56,196 bases of DNA from positions 1-56,196 of IMG/VR virus record IMGVR_UViG_3300010397_000013, one strand, 5' to 3'. Positions 10,639 through 19,444 of this stretch are shown here, piece after piece. Under the pieces are notes generated by a model that searched no databases, was not told where the DNA came from, and saw only the letters and a list, made by a program, of their open reading frames with translations. How positions within the stretch are numbered: position 1 is the first letter of the stretch; each line of letters opens with the position of its first letter. The translations under genes and the position numbers were made by a program. Source of the DNA: a virus. Its lineage: Duplodnaviria > Caudoviricetes.

Positions 10639-11105
10639 GGCTCACCTCCAAGCACACATTCCTGTGCTTTTCGTAACGCGCACAACTGCGCATCGGTCTG
10701 AGAAATGTCAGAGCAACAAAATTGTGTGCAAGCCAAGTCTTGACCGCCGATGCCTCCACACTCGCCTAATGGTGGATTGGTGACACGGTAAGTTGCGGTC
10801 GCGCAAAATATGACTAAATCTGGGTCTTCACTTGAATAATTACTCGTAGGATCATCTAGGCAAGGTAGGCACGACTTCAGAACATTAGGACAAACTGGTT
10901 GTGGACTTGGTTCGCCTGTTGGGAGTTGTTGCATTACAGCAAACGCAACATCACTTACTAATGTTAAGGTTGGCTTATTTGGTGCAAAAGAAACATCACT
11001 TTGAATTTTTTGCGTAGCAAAAACAGAAAACGAGACATCGCTAGTAATGCTGGAACTTTTAGGTCCAACAAATGAGACATCACTAGTGGTTGTTTTACTA
11101 GGCAT
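10635..11105 (-). CDS. Virion protein with four SDV(S/A)F repeats and Cys-rich C-terminus
   Basis: TTSDVSF, ITSDVSF, IQSDVSF, LVSDVAF; ATGA-coupled to the next gene. Confidence 0.6.
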   Translation of the reverse strand: MPSKTTTSDVSFVGPKSSSITSDVSFSVFATQKIQSDVSFAPNKPTLTLVSDVAFAVMQQLPTGEPSPQPVCPNVLKSCLPCLDDPTSNYSSEDPDLVIFCATATYRVTNPPLGECGGIGGQDLACTQFCCSDISQTDAQLCALRKAQECVLGGEP

Positions 11106-11484
11106 CCAGTCCCTCCCTCAAACTGCCGTCAGCATAAAGTCTGTATCCAAATCTTTTACCACCATGCTCTAACCCCACACCATACCATAAACATTCTGCT
11201 GCGTCGTTCGTCTTGTCGTGCGTGGCGATGCTCTTTTGCATCCTCCGAAACCACACCAGTTTTCCTTGCTCGCCTGTTGAGAATTTAGTGGTCCCATCAA
11301 GCTTAATACGCCCAACCCTCGGCTGAACCAGCAGCTTGGCAAACCCCAAATGCAACACAAACGAATCCAGCAAGTCTTTCTGAGGCACCAAATGGCGCGA
11401 AAGCAGTCCGGAACCATTTTCGCGCATCGATCCAGCAGTTGCCGTCCACGCGGGCAGAAACGGTTGCGGAGTTGTCGGTTCCAT
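11098..11484 (-). CDS. Hypothetical protein
   Basis: ATG directly follows the previous stop; 3' end overlaps the next start. Confidence 0.55.
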   Translation of the reverse strand: MEPTTPQPFLPAWTATAGSMRENGSGLLSRHLVPQKDLLDSFVLHLGFAKLLVQPRVGRIKLDGTTKFSTGEQGKLVWFRRMQKSIATHDKTNDAAECLWYGVGLEHGGKRFGYRLYADGSLREGLDA

Positions 11485-11982
11485 TTACACCTCATCCCAC
11501 TGAACGCTGATAGTTTTCTGGTTTCCGTTGGCCTCTGGAGTCAACAGGCTACTAACGGTCTGAGAACGCCAATAATCAGTGAATCCTGGCGCAATGATAC
11601 TTCCCCCGGCGCCCCCGCCGATATAAAGATTCGTGGACCCTGGCAAGCTGGTTTGAATAGCTCCATAATTCAACAATGCCTGAGATGGCTGAGCATACGT
11701 TCCCTCAGATGGAAATGCCGTAGTGTTTGAATTTAACTGTTCGCCAGCCAGATAAACTCCAGCCGATTTCCATAGCTTGAAGTTGCTCAGACTGGTTGAA
11801 CCACCCATAGCCGTTACCTGCATTCGCACCATCTTTGAAAATGCGTTAGTGCCAATGATAACAGGATGATTGGCGGCGACAATATTGGGTTGATCAACGC
11901 TCCCGTAACTCACATTCGAGATGTTGCTGGTGACTGTTTCTCCAGCACCATTGCTCTCTGAAAATACTACCGTTGCTGCCAT
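11485..11982 (-). CDS. Putative structural (beta-rich) virion protein
   Basis: 165 aa, Ser/Thr/Gly/Asn-rich, within the tail module. Confidence 0.55.
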   Translation of the reverse strand: MAATVVFSESNGAGETVTSNISNVSYGSVDQPNIVAANHPVIIGTNAFSKMVRMQVTAMGGSTSLSNFKLWKSAGVYLAGEQLNSNTTAFPSEGTYAQPSQALLNYGAIQTSLPGSTNLYIGGGAGGSIIAPGFTDYWRSQTVSSLLTPEANGNQKTISVQWDEV

Positions 11983-12002
11983 AATTTATCTTTCGTTGAA
12001 TT

Positions 12003-13769
12003 CTAACACACAATTCCTTGATAGGGTTGCTTGCCTTTGTCCAGTGCATAAACAAGGATGCCTCGGACTCGGCACCAACCTTTGATTACGAGCTTGATTT
12101 GAAATTGGTATGCCAAAGTGCTTGGCCGCCCACTTACCTTGATGCAGCTAGGAGTTGGCTTCGGAAGCATCATAGTCGCTTTGAAGCTTTCACAGAATGG
12201 CTGTGTTGGATAAGCGCACGGATCATCGGCATCCTCCGTGCAATCTTTAGCTGTGCATTCCTCCCACTGCATCCATGGCAAAAAACAGGGATACTGATCT
12301 GGACGGTAAAGTACTTGGAAGGAAACGCGGCCTAACATTTTATCGATCCACAATTCCATCGTGTCCAATTCCTTCAATCTGAACACATCACCCCAAGTAA
12401 AGCTTGGTGTTTCAATCACCATCTCAATGCGCCGATCACCCACATCAAATCGTTGATCGCTGGTCAGCTCCCAAACTTCAATCTCGTTTGTCTGCGATGC
12501 CACGACTGCAAAGGCTCTCTGCAATCCACCAAAGTCACCTTCAAACAGTTGTAGCACATTGACACCTTGAAGAAGTCCTTCCCATGCAGGGGGCAACTTT
12601 TCTTCAAGAGTGCTAATCAAATCGAAATCCAGTGGGAGGATAGCTCGGTGCGCTACACCCACAGGGGTAAGAAAAGGGAGTGCTGTTTGCAATAAGCGAT
12701 TGTTGAATTCTATCCCACTGGAATAGCGGAGCAAAGCTCGGTCATTGAATCTCAATATCCGGTTCTCGTTTCGGCTGATAGGGGTGTTACCCCATTGTTG
12801 GAAGTATCGCAGTGAGTACGTGAGGCTGCGAATGCCCGGTTCAAGGGTCTGATAAAACAAGTCCCCATTCACCACTACATCACTTCTGTCGCCAACTGGC
12901 CCATATCGGATCTGTGCCACAGTTTGAAGCGGTTGTAGGTTGGCGAAGTTAGGGTTCGTCCAATCATCCCGCGTCACCGGCACATTGCAGCGATAGATCG
13001 ACTTGGTAGTGCCAATCAATAATCGTCCCTGACCAAGCGTGGTGTCGAGTTCCGCTGTATGTGCCAGCATCCGAATATTTCCTGCACTGGATGGAACTGA
13101 AAGCCCGTCACCGGCCAAGGCCATTGGATTCTCGGTTGTGGCAATGATGCTTTTTCCGGGGCCAGTAATGTCACCAGCGATGTAGAATCGACCGCGAGCA
13201 TACCAGATGCGCCCCATGTAATAGTCCATGGCGGTTGCTGGCGGGATTTGATTTCCGGGATTACCGGGCGCGATGAATCCATTGGATTGAGTCAACGCAA
13301 CATCATTCCAAAACAACGGGTTCGTCACCAAATCCCCGGCTTGAATGACGAGTATCTCTTTGCCGGTTGCGTAGTCTGAACCTTGAGTGAAATGGTAAAG
13401 TGGTTCTGTAGCTGGAAGACTTTTCCCGAACGCTGTGCTTAGATTTGTAAGGGCGTAGGTGTCGAGATCCACCTTCCAAATTTTGCCGCCCACTCCAAGA
13501 ATCAAATATGGATTAGCATCTGAAGATGGCTGATACATCCAACCACCATTGTAAAGCCCACTCCAGCTAGCGCCTTGAATCCTTGGCGTTTGGCCTGTGC
13601 GAGTGTTGATGCCTCCACCTCGCACTGTGCCATTATTGAGCATAGCGAGTTGATTGCGCTTCAATCCATGTGGATTGTTCGGACCAGCGATAGTAGTAGG
13701 ACGACTTGAGTCTATGCCCTGACTCCAATCAAGAGAGCCATCAACCAACCGGATACCATCAGATGCCAT
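12003..13769 (-). CDS. Tail nozzle / tail tubular protein B / P22 gp10-like stabilisation protein
   Basis: 588 aa, beta-propeller-like spacing of aromatic and Gly residues; C-terminal FQIKLVIKG.CRV.G pattern; first gene of the tail module. Confidence 0.6.
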   Translation of the reverse strand: MASDGIRLVDGSLDWSQGIDSSRPTTIAGPNNPHGLKRNQLAMLNNGTVRGGGINTRTGQTPRIQGASWSGLYNGGWMYQPSSDANPYLILGVGGKIWKVDLDTYALTNLSTAFGKSLPATEPLYHFTQGSDYATGKEILVIQAGDLVTNPLFWNDVALTQSNGFIAPGNPGNQIPPATAMDYYMGRIWYARGRFYIAGDITGPGKSIIATTENPMALAGDGLSVPSSAGNIRMLAHTAELDTTLGQGRLLIGTTKSIYRCNVPVTRDDWTNPNFANLQPLQTVAQIRYGPVGDRSDVVVNGDLFYQTLEPGIRSLTYSLRYFQQWGNTPISRNENRILRFNDRALLRYSSGIEFNNRLLQTALPFLTPVGVAHRAILPLDFDLISTLEEKLPPAWEGLLQGVNVLQLFEGDFGGLQRAFAVVASQTNEIEVWELTSDQRFDVGDRRIEMVIETPSFTWGDVFRLKELDTMELWIDKMLGRVSFQVLYRPDQYPCFLPWMQWEECTAKDCTEDADDPCAYPTQPFCESFKATMMLPKPTPSCIKVSGRPSTLAYQFQIKLVIKGWCRVRGILVYALDKGKQPYQGIVC

Positions 13770-13813
13770 TGACTCTGAAAGTAATAGGGTTCACCTTCTG
13801 CGCAACTTAAAAT

Positions 13814-15592
13814 ATGGCAAAGCCACAACCTTCCTTCCTCAAGTACGGCATCAGGTGGAAGCCTACAACTCCAGACTTGGAGATAGAGTTTTACTGCATG
13901 AGGAATTATGTGCAGTGGGATCTTAATCAGTTTGAACACTACAAAAACGCTCAGAAATTGTTATGGCCCACCCACGATCATCACCGCTGGTCTGACTTGA
14001 TTCTAAGCACAATCCTTCAGGAGAGACTTACAATCGTTACTGGCCCAAAGGACACAGGCAAAACAACCGTAGCTTTGGCAAAGTTTGGACTTACTGATTA
14101 CTTCGCAAACCCAAACAACACCTTAATACTCGTTTCATCCACGGAATTAAGGGGGTTGGAGACAAGGGTTTGGGGTGAATTAAAGAAGCTGTTTACGGAA
14201 GCAAAAGAAATTCACCCATGGCTTCCCGGCAAAGTTGTCGATTACATGCATGGATTGTTCACCGATGATCTTGGCGAGAATTGCCAAACCAGAGACATCA
14301 GGAAAGGGATGCTTTGTGTTCCGTGTGTCGGTGGCTCCGGTGAATGGGTAGGTATTGAGAAGTTTTGCGGCATCAAGCAGGAGCGCAGAAGACTGTTAGC
14401 CGATGAGCTTCAATTTATGAAAGCTCCATATTTGAATTCAGTCGAGCACTTGGATAAAGGGGATTTCAAGTTCGTGGGGTGCAATAACCCAATCGGGCAA
14501 GGCGATCCAGCGGACAAGATGTCTGAACCAATTGATGGATGGGGCACTGAGCCACAGACTGAAAAGACTGAAGTTTGGAAAAACAAATGGGGTGGAGTCA
14601 CCATAAACCTTGATGGCCGAGACAGTCCAAACAACGATGAGCCAAAGAACAGATACCCATACCTGATTAACGATGGTGATATTCAGCGCACCCTGAAGCG
14701 GTGCGGGCCAGACTCAAGCGCCTTCTGGACTCAGGTCATTGGTAAAAGGAAAGTCGGGCTACTGGAGCACCGGATTTTAACCTATGCTATGTGCAAGACA
14801 TTCGGTGCGTTTGATGAAGTCATCTGGAAGAATGGCGTTGGGTTCAAGATTTACGCCATTGACGCCAGCTATGGCGGGGACCGTTGCGTTGGTGGATTTG
14901 CTGAAGTCGGTGAAGATGTTAACGGGCAATGGGTCATCGCGTTCAGCACTCCGGTATTGATCCCTATCAAAATGAGCGAACTGGAGAACAAGATCGCTGA
15001 GGATCAAATAGCTGAGTTTGTAAAAGCAGACTGTGATGTGAACGGCATTCCGCCAGAGAACGTTTACTTCGATGCCACCGGCAGGGGATCGTTGGGCACA
15101 AGCTTTGGAAGACTTTGGAGTGCCCAAGTAAACCCTGTTGAATTTGGTGGAACACCAACACCACGGCCCGTTGCTGGAGATTTGTTCATCCTTGATCCAC
15201 AGACCCGCCAGAAGCGGCTAAAGCGTTGTGACGAACACTATTCAAAGCGAGTCACAGAATATTGGTTCAGTGTTCGCTATCTGGTTGAGGCCAGACAGAG
15301 CCGAATGATGCCAAAAGAAGTGGCCGAAGAATTTGGAATGCGTGAGTGGTATATGGTTCGAGGGGACCGACGCGAGGTCGAAACTAAGGAAGAAACCAAG
15401 TTGCGAATGGGTTGTTCCCCTGACTTGGCAGATTGGGCCTGCATCATTGTAGAGGGTGCAAGACGCAAAGGATTCGTGATCAAACATGGCCAAGCAGTCA
15501 CGCTTGGACCCAAAAGCGTTCAGTGGAAAGACGATCTCCGTAAACGCGCCGAAGCCATCCGTAACAGATATGAGTTGAATTACTCAGTCTGA
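13814..15592 (+). CDS. terL: Terminase large subunit
   Basis: Walker A GPKDTGKT, Walker B LLADE, coupling motif GCNNP, nuclease acidic residues (AIDASYGGD, FDATG, SPDLAD). Confidence 0.9.
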   Translation: MAKPQPSFLKYGIRWKPTTPDLEIEFYCMRNYVQWDLNQFEHYKNAQKLLWPTHDHHRWSDLILSTILQERLTIVTGPKDTGKTTVALAKFGLTDYFANPNNTLILVSSTELRGLETRVWGELKKLFTEAKEIHPWLPGKVVDYMHGLFTDDLGENCQTRDIRKGMLCVPCVGGSGEWVGIEKFCGIKQERRRLLADELQFMKAPYLNSVEHLDKGDFKFVGCNNPIGQGDPADKMSEPIDGWGTEPQTEKTEVWKNKWGGVTINLDGRDSPNNDEPKNRYPYLINDGDIQRTLKRCGPDSSAFWTQVIGKRKVGLLEHRILTYAMCKTFGAFDEVIWKNGVGFKIYAIDASYGGDRCVGGFAEVGEDVNGQWVIAFSTPVLIPIKMSELENKIAEDQIAEFVKADCDVNGIPPENVYFDATGRGSLGTSFGRLWSAQVNPVEFGGTPTPRPVAGDLFILDPQTRQKRLKRCDEHYSKRVTEYWFSVRYLVEARQSRMMPKEVAEEFGMREWYMVRGDRREVETKEETKLRMGCSPDLADWACIIVEGARRKGFVIKHGQAVTLGPKSVQWKDDLRKRAEAIRNRYELNYSV

Positions 15593-15603
15593 AATGGCAT
15601 CCA

Positions 15604-16326
15604 TTGGCCATGGCAATGCTTAAGAACCGGCAGATGCAAGTCCCAAACGGGATGAGATTCACTCAGCCTGAAACCAAATGGCACTCTACGCCATGGTCCT
15701 CATTCGATACCATCGTCAATGCCGTGATTGCACATCGCCTTGGGAATCCTGCTTTGGCTCGAAAGCACAAATGGGCCACTGACTACGAGAGCGTTGCCAA
15801 TGAAGTTGATAGGTTTAACGCCGCCATCTGTGAGTCCAAGGGTTGGACCGAATTTATTATTCCTGCACCTACGGAGTCTCCACCCCCAAAATTCAAAGCC
15901 CTGTCACCTTTCGCGGGAAAGCAACTAAGTGCTGCGGCGGATAAGGTTAAAAAGGTGTGGCAGGGCGTTCGTAGTTTGAATGACTGGATGGATTCAAAAG
16001 CGCCGGCAGTTGGAGGGATTTTATCCCAAAAAAGGGCTGAAATTTGCATCAAGTGTCCAGTCAACGGCCAAGGAGGACTTGAAGAATGGTTTACCAAACC
16101 CGCTAGTGAAATCATAAAACGGCAGTTTGAGCGAGCATCAGATCGCAACTTGAAAACTACCGTGGACGAGAAGCTCGGAGTTTGTCAGGCGTGCCTTTGT
16201 CCGCTCAAGTTGCTCGTCCATGTTCCTCTGGAATTCAAACTTGCGCACATGGGTCTGGAAACCCGAAAAGCTCTGGACTCACGCTGCTGGATTTTGGCGG
16301 AAGAAAAAGAGCGTAACTCTGCGTAG
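15604..16326 (+). CDS. Cys-rich hypothetical protein (CxxC, CxxCxC)
   Basis: 240-aa ORF after terL; CIKCP, CQACLCP, CW. Confidence 0.65.
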   Translation: MAMAMLKNRQMQVPNGMRFTQPETKWHSTPWSSFDTIVNAVIAHRLGNPALARKHKWATDYESVANEVDRFNAAICESKGWTEFIIPAPTESPPPKFKALSPFAGKQLSAAADKVKKVWQGVRSLNDWMDSKAPAVGGILSQKRAEICIKCPVNGQGGLEEWFTKPASEIIKRQFERASDRNLKTTVDEKLGVCQACLCPLKLLVHVPLEFKLAHMGLETRKALDSRCWILAEEKERNSA

Positions 16327-16356
16327 TGCTCCACGTGGAACAATCGAAGGACTATC

Positions 16357-16623
16357 ATGGAAAATAAATTCTGCAAAGACTGCCGCCATCTGGTAAACCG
16401 CACGCCAGGACTTGGGTTCAACGATCCGAGGGGCGATTTCCGTTGCGCCAAAAGCCCACTGCTTCCGGTGTCTTCCCTTATCCTTGATCCTGTGAGTGGC
16501 GCAGAGCCTTACCAACTCGCTTCACTGATGCGCTTCGACGAGAAGCTTTGCGGACTGGAAGCACGATGGTTCGAGCCATCAAATGAACAGAACCGCCCCG
16601 GATTTGGAACGTGGGGCAATTAA
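16357..16623 (+). CDS. Small Zn-finger-like protein
   Basis: CKDCRH...C...CG..ARWFEP; AAGGA RBS upstream. Confidence 0.6.
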   Translation: MENKFCKDCRHLVNRTPGLGFNDPRGDFRCAKSPLLPVSSLILDPVSGAEPYQLASLMRFDEKLCGLEARWFEPSNEQNRPGFGTWGN

Positions 16624-16641
16624 GTTTTCCACGAATGTTAG

Positions 16642-17265
16642 ATGCGTATAGCCATAGTGTATATCCACCCAACGGTTTCGGATCATATTTATGTGCCAAT
16701 GGCAAAACGATTCGTAAACACCTATATCAAGAATCCTCCCGGTGAATCAGATCATACTGTCCACGTTGCCATCAATGGTAGTATTGAAATTGGAAAATGG
16801 TGCCAGAAATTATTCGATCCTTTGCCATGCCAATTTTTCCAGCATAATAATGCCGGGAAAGACATTGGTGCCTACCAAGCTGCCGCTGATGCCATTGAGT
16901 GTGATTTGATGATTTGCATGGGATCTCCTATCTATTTTCACAAGGCCGGATGGCTCGATCAAATTGTCCGTGCATATGAGTCGTATGGTCCTACCGTTTA
17001 TGGGGCTTGGGGGTTTCAAGTTCCCAGGCAGCATCTTCGCACCACGGCATTCTGGCTTCCGCCAGAACTTCTAAATTCCTATCCAAAACGAGTCGCCAAC
17101 CATGACCGCTACAACTTCGAGCATGGCGAAAACTCTATCGCTCTATGGGCCAAGTCTAACGGGTTTGATCCGCTTATGGTGACGTGGGCTGGAGTTTATG
17201 AAATTCAAAATTGGCAGAACATATCACGAGAAGAATCGCTGTTCATTGACCAACATTGCCCATGA
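16642..17265 (+). CDS. Putative glycosyltransferase-like protein
   Basis: HNNAGKDIGAY resembles the NxGxDIG motif of RgpF/GT-A-like proteins; context of sugar-modification genes. Confidence 0.5.
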   Translation: MRIAIVYIHPTVSDHIYVPMAKRFVNTYIKNPPGESDHTVHVAINGSIEIGKWCQKLFDPLPCQFFQHNNAGKDIGAYQAAADAIECDLMICMGSPIYFHKAGWLDQIVRAYESYGPTVYGAWGFQVPRQHLRTTAFWLPPELLNSYPKRVANHDRYNFEHGENSIALWAKSNGFDPLMVTWAGVYEIQNWQNISREESLFIDQHCP

Positions 17266-17921
17266 AGCAAGTCGCCGTTTACTATCACAGCCTTCTTTCC
17301 AGCAAAGAACGCCACATAGATACCGATTACGCCATAAGTCTGATTGAAGTTCAAATGATTGCGATGAAAAAAAGCGGGTTGGCGGATTCTGCTACATCGA
17401 TCTATATCGGAGTAAATGGAAGCGATACCGATGCGATGGCCATTGCATGTTTATGTCCCACTAAGGCCACAATCATTTGCCATGGTCAGGGCGCTACTAC
17501 TGAGATACCAACTCTGAACGTACTCCGAAGCTGGGCAATCGACCACCCCGGTTGGTATGTGCTCTACCATCATTCCAAAGGCATTAGCACTCCAAATCAA
17601 GCTGACGGATGGAGGCGGCGCATGGAACATTACAACGTATGGCAATGGCGTAAGTGCATTGCTGCGCTCGACAAAGGTTCTGATGCTTGTGGTTGTCACT
17701 GGCTCACCCCGGAACAACATCCTGGCACTATTCTTACGCCCATGTTTGGCGGAAATTATTGGTGGTGTACCAGTGAATACGCCGCAACTTTACCCCCTCT
17801 GCCGGAACCCATTTGGGCAAACCGATATGAAGCGGAATCGTGGATCGGGCGAGGACCAAAACGCCCAAAGATAACAGATTTTTATCCCGGCTGGCCAACA
17901 CTTGAAGATTTAAAACTATGA
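17262..17921 (+). CDS. Putative glycosyltransferase-like protein
   Basis: YVLYHHSKG, GNYWW, RYEAESWIG motifs as in RgpF-like phage proteins; ATGA-coupled. Confidence 0.5.
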   Translation: MKQVAVYYHSLLSSKERHIDTDYAISLIEVQMIAMKKSGLADSATSIYIGVNGSDTDAMAIACLCPTKATIICHGQGATTEIPTLNVLRSWAIDHPGWYVLYHHSKGISTPNQADGWRRRMEHYNVWQWRKCIAALDKGSDACGCHWLTPEQHPGTILTPMFGGNYWWCTSEYAATLPPLPEPIWANRYEAESWIGRGPKRPKITDFYPGWPTLEDLKL

Positions 17922-18517
17922 AAGATAAACAGTTGATGACTCTGGACGAACTTGCTCACATTGAGACGGATTACAAGCTTTGGACTGACAAGCGTTCAGG
18001 GGACGGTATGGGATACCTTCCTGTTTATGAACGATATTTTGAGAAGTTGCGCCAGCAGCCGATTCATCTGGTTGAAATCGGAGTCAACATGGGGGCTTCC
18101 ATTCTTCTCTGGCTTGACTACTTCCCAAATGCGCGAATCACCGGCGTTGACATCGAAAAGAGAGAAAATCCGACGCACGAACGTTACACCTTCCTGCAAG
18201 GCGATCAGATGGACAAAAATTTCTGGCGCACATTCATCGAGAACCAGCCGAAGATCGATATTTTGATCGATGATGGAGGGCACCGCAACGACCAGATTGA
18301 AACTACTTATTGGTGCCTCTGGCAGCACCTTAAACCCGGGGGGCTTTATTGCATCGAAGACCTTGGCGCGGCTTACGTTCCTGACTGCAATCGTCCTGGA
18401 TTCGGAAACACCATTGACTTCGTGAAGCTGCTCTGTGATCGAATCAACATGAGCCGAGGTAATATGGAATCGCTTCACTTCTACCGGGAGCTTTGCATCA
18501 TCACAAAACGCCCATGA
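17918..18517 (+). CDS. Class I SAM-dependent methyltransferase (sugar O-methyltransferase-like)
   Basis: LVEIGVNMGAS, GVDI, IDILIDDGGH, LKPGGLYCIED. Confidence 0.85.
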   Translation: MKDKQLMTLDELAHIETDYKLWTDKRSGDGMGYLPVYERYFEKLRQQPIHLVEIGVNMGASILLWLDYFPNARITGVDIEKRENPTHERYTFLQGDQMDKNFWRTFIENQPKIDILIDDGGHRNDQIETTYWCLWQHLKPGGLYCIEDLGAAYVPDCNRPGFGNTIDFVKLLCDRINMSRGNMESLHFYRELCIITKRP

Positions 18518-19191
18518 CCGTCCAAGTGATCGCAAGTTACTTCAGGGAGGAATTTTTGGCCCCCCTTTTCTTTTTACACTATGATTGGGCGGATTCTATC
18601 ACTCTCATTACTCGACGCCGAGACGATCATCTATTCGATGACGAGGATAAAACCAATTGGGTTAATGAAGCAGTGAGACAGTCTATGTCTGATTGGGTGG
18701 TTTTGGTGGACATGGACGAGTTCATTTTCCCCACACCGTATGGACTAAATCCCCGCGTAGTTTTAGAGCAGGAGGATGGATCACTAATTTATTCCCACAT
18801 GGTGCGGGTCTGGAGGCACAAGAATGACTCAGACATAGATAGAACCCGGCATCCTGTCCCACAACGACTCCACGGGATCACAGATTTGCAAGACGATGGC
18901 GGACACATTAAGCCGTGCGTGTTCCGACCTAACACAACGATTAAGATGGGGGCGGGCAATCACAATATTGAATCTGAAACGCCACTCTTGGTTGGCCGGG
19001 AATGGTCTGGTTCACATTGGGCAAATGCTGACCCTTGTTTCTGGGTGGAACGTGAGACACGGGATCGTGGACCACGATTGACGCAACGCAACAAGGAACG
19101 AGGTTACGGCACGCACACGCTCCGAACCAAGGAGCAAATATTGGATGAGTGCAAAGCTCACGAAAACGATCCGAAAATCATCTCTATATGA
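18514..19191 (+). CDS. Glycosyltransferase family 2-like protein
   Basis: DWVVLVDMDEF (DxD), GNH motif. Confidence 0.7.
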   Translation: MTVQVIASYFREEFLAPLFFLHYDWADSITLITRRRDDHLFDDEDKTNWVNEAVRQSMSDWVVLVDMDEFIFPTPYGLNPRVVLEQEDGSLIYSHMVRVWRHKNDSDIDRTRHPVPQRLHGITDLQDDGGHIKPCVFRPNTTIKMGAGNHNIESETPLLVGREWSGSHWANADPCFWVERETRDRGPRLTQRNKERGYGTHTLRTKEQILDECKAHENDPKIISI

Positions 19192-19394
19192 GCAACCTAA
19201 CTGACGAAGATTTGTTAAAAGCCATTGAAAGTGGACTGGTGCCAATAGGATTTCTATACCGCCACAAAACCACTAGCAAAGACGGCACTTGCTCTCCCGG
19301 TGAATGGGAATGGTATGAACCCGGAAGTCCCGGACACTGGCATCGAGGTCCAACATTCCGAACTTGCATGGAGAATCTATTAAGACGTGATTGA
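19188..19394 (+). CDS. Hypothetical protein
   Basis: ATGA-coupled small ORF. Confidence 0.5.
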   Translation: MSNLTDEDLLKAIESGLVPIGFLYRHKTTSKDGTCSPGEWEWYEPGSPGHWHRGPTFRTCMENLLRRD

Positions 19395-19444
19395 CGCCAA
19401 GCCTGCTCAAGCGTAAGGGTTAGGTCATTGATCAGTAAATCCTT

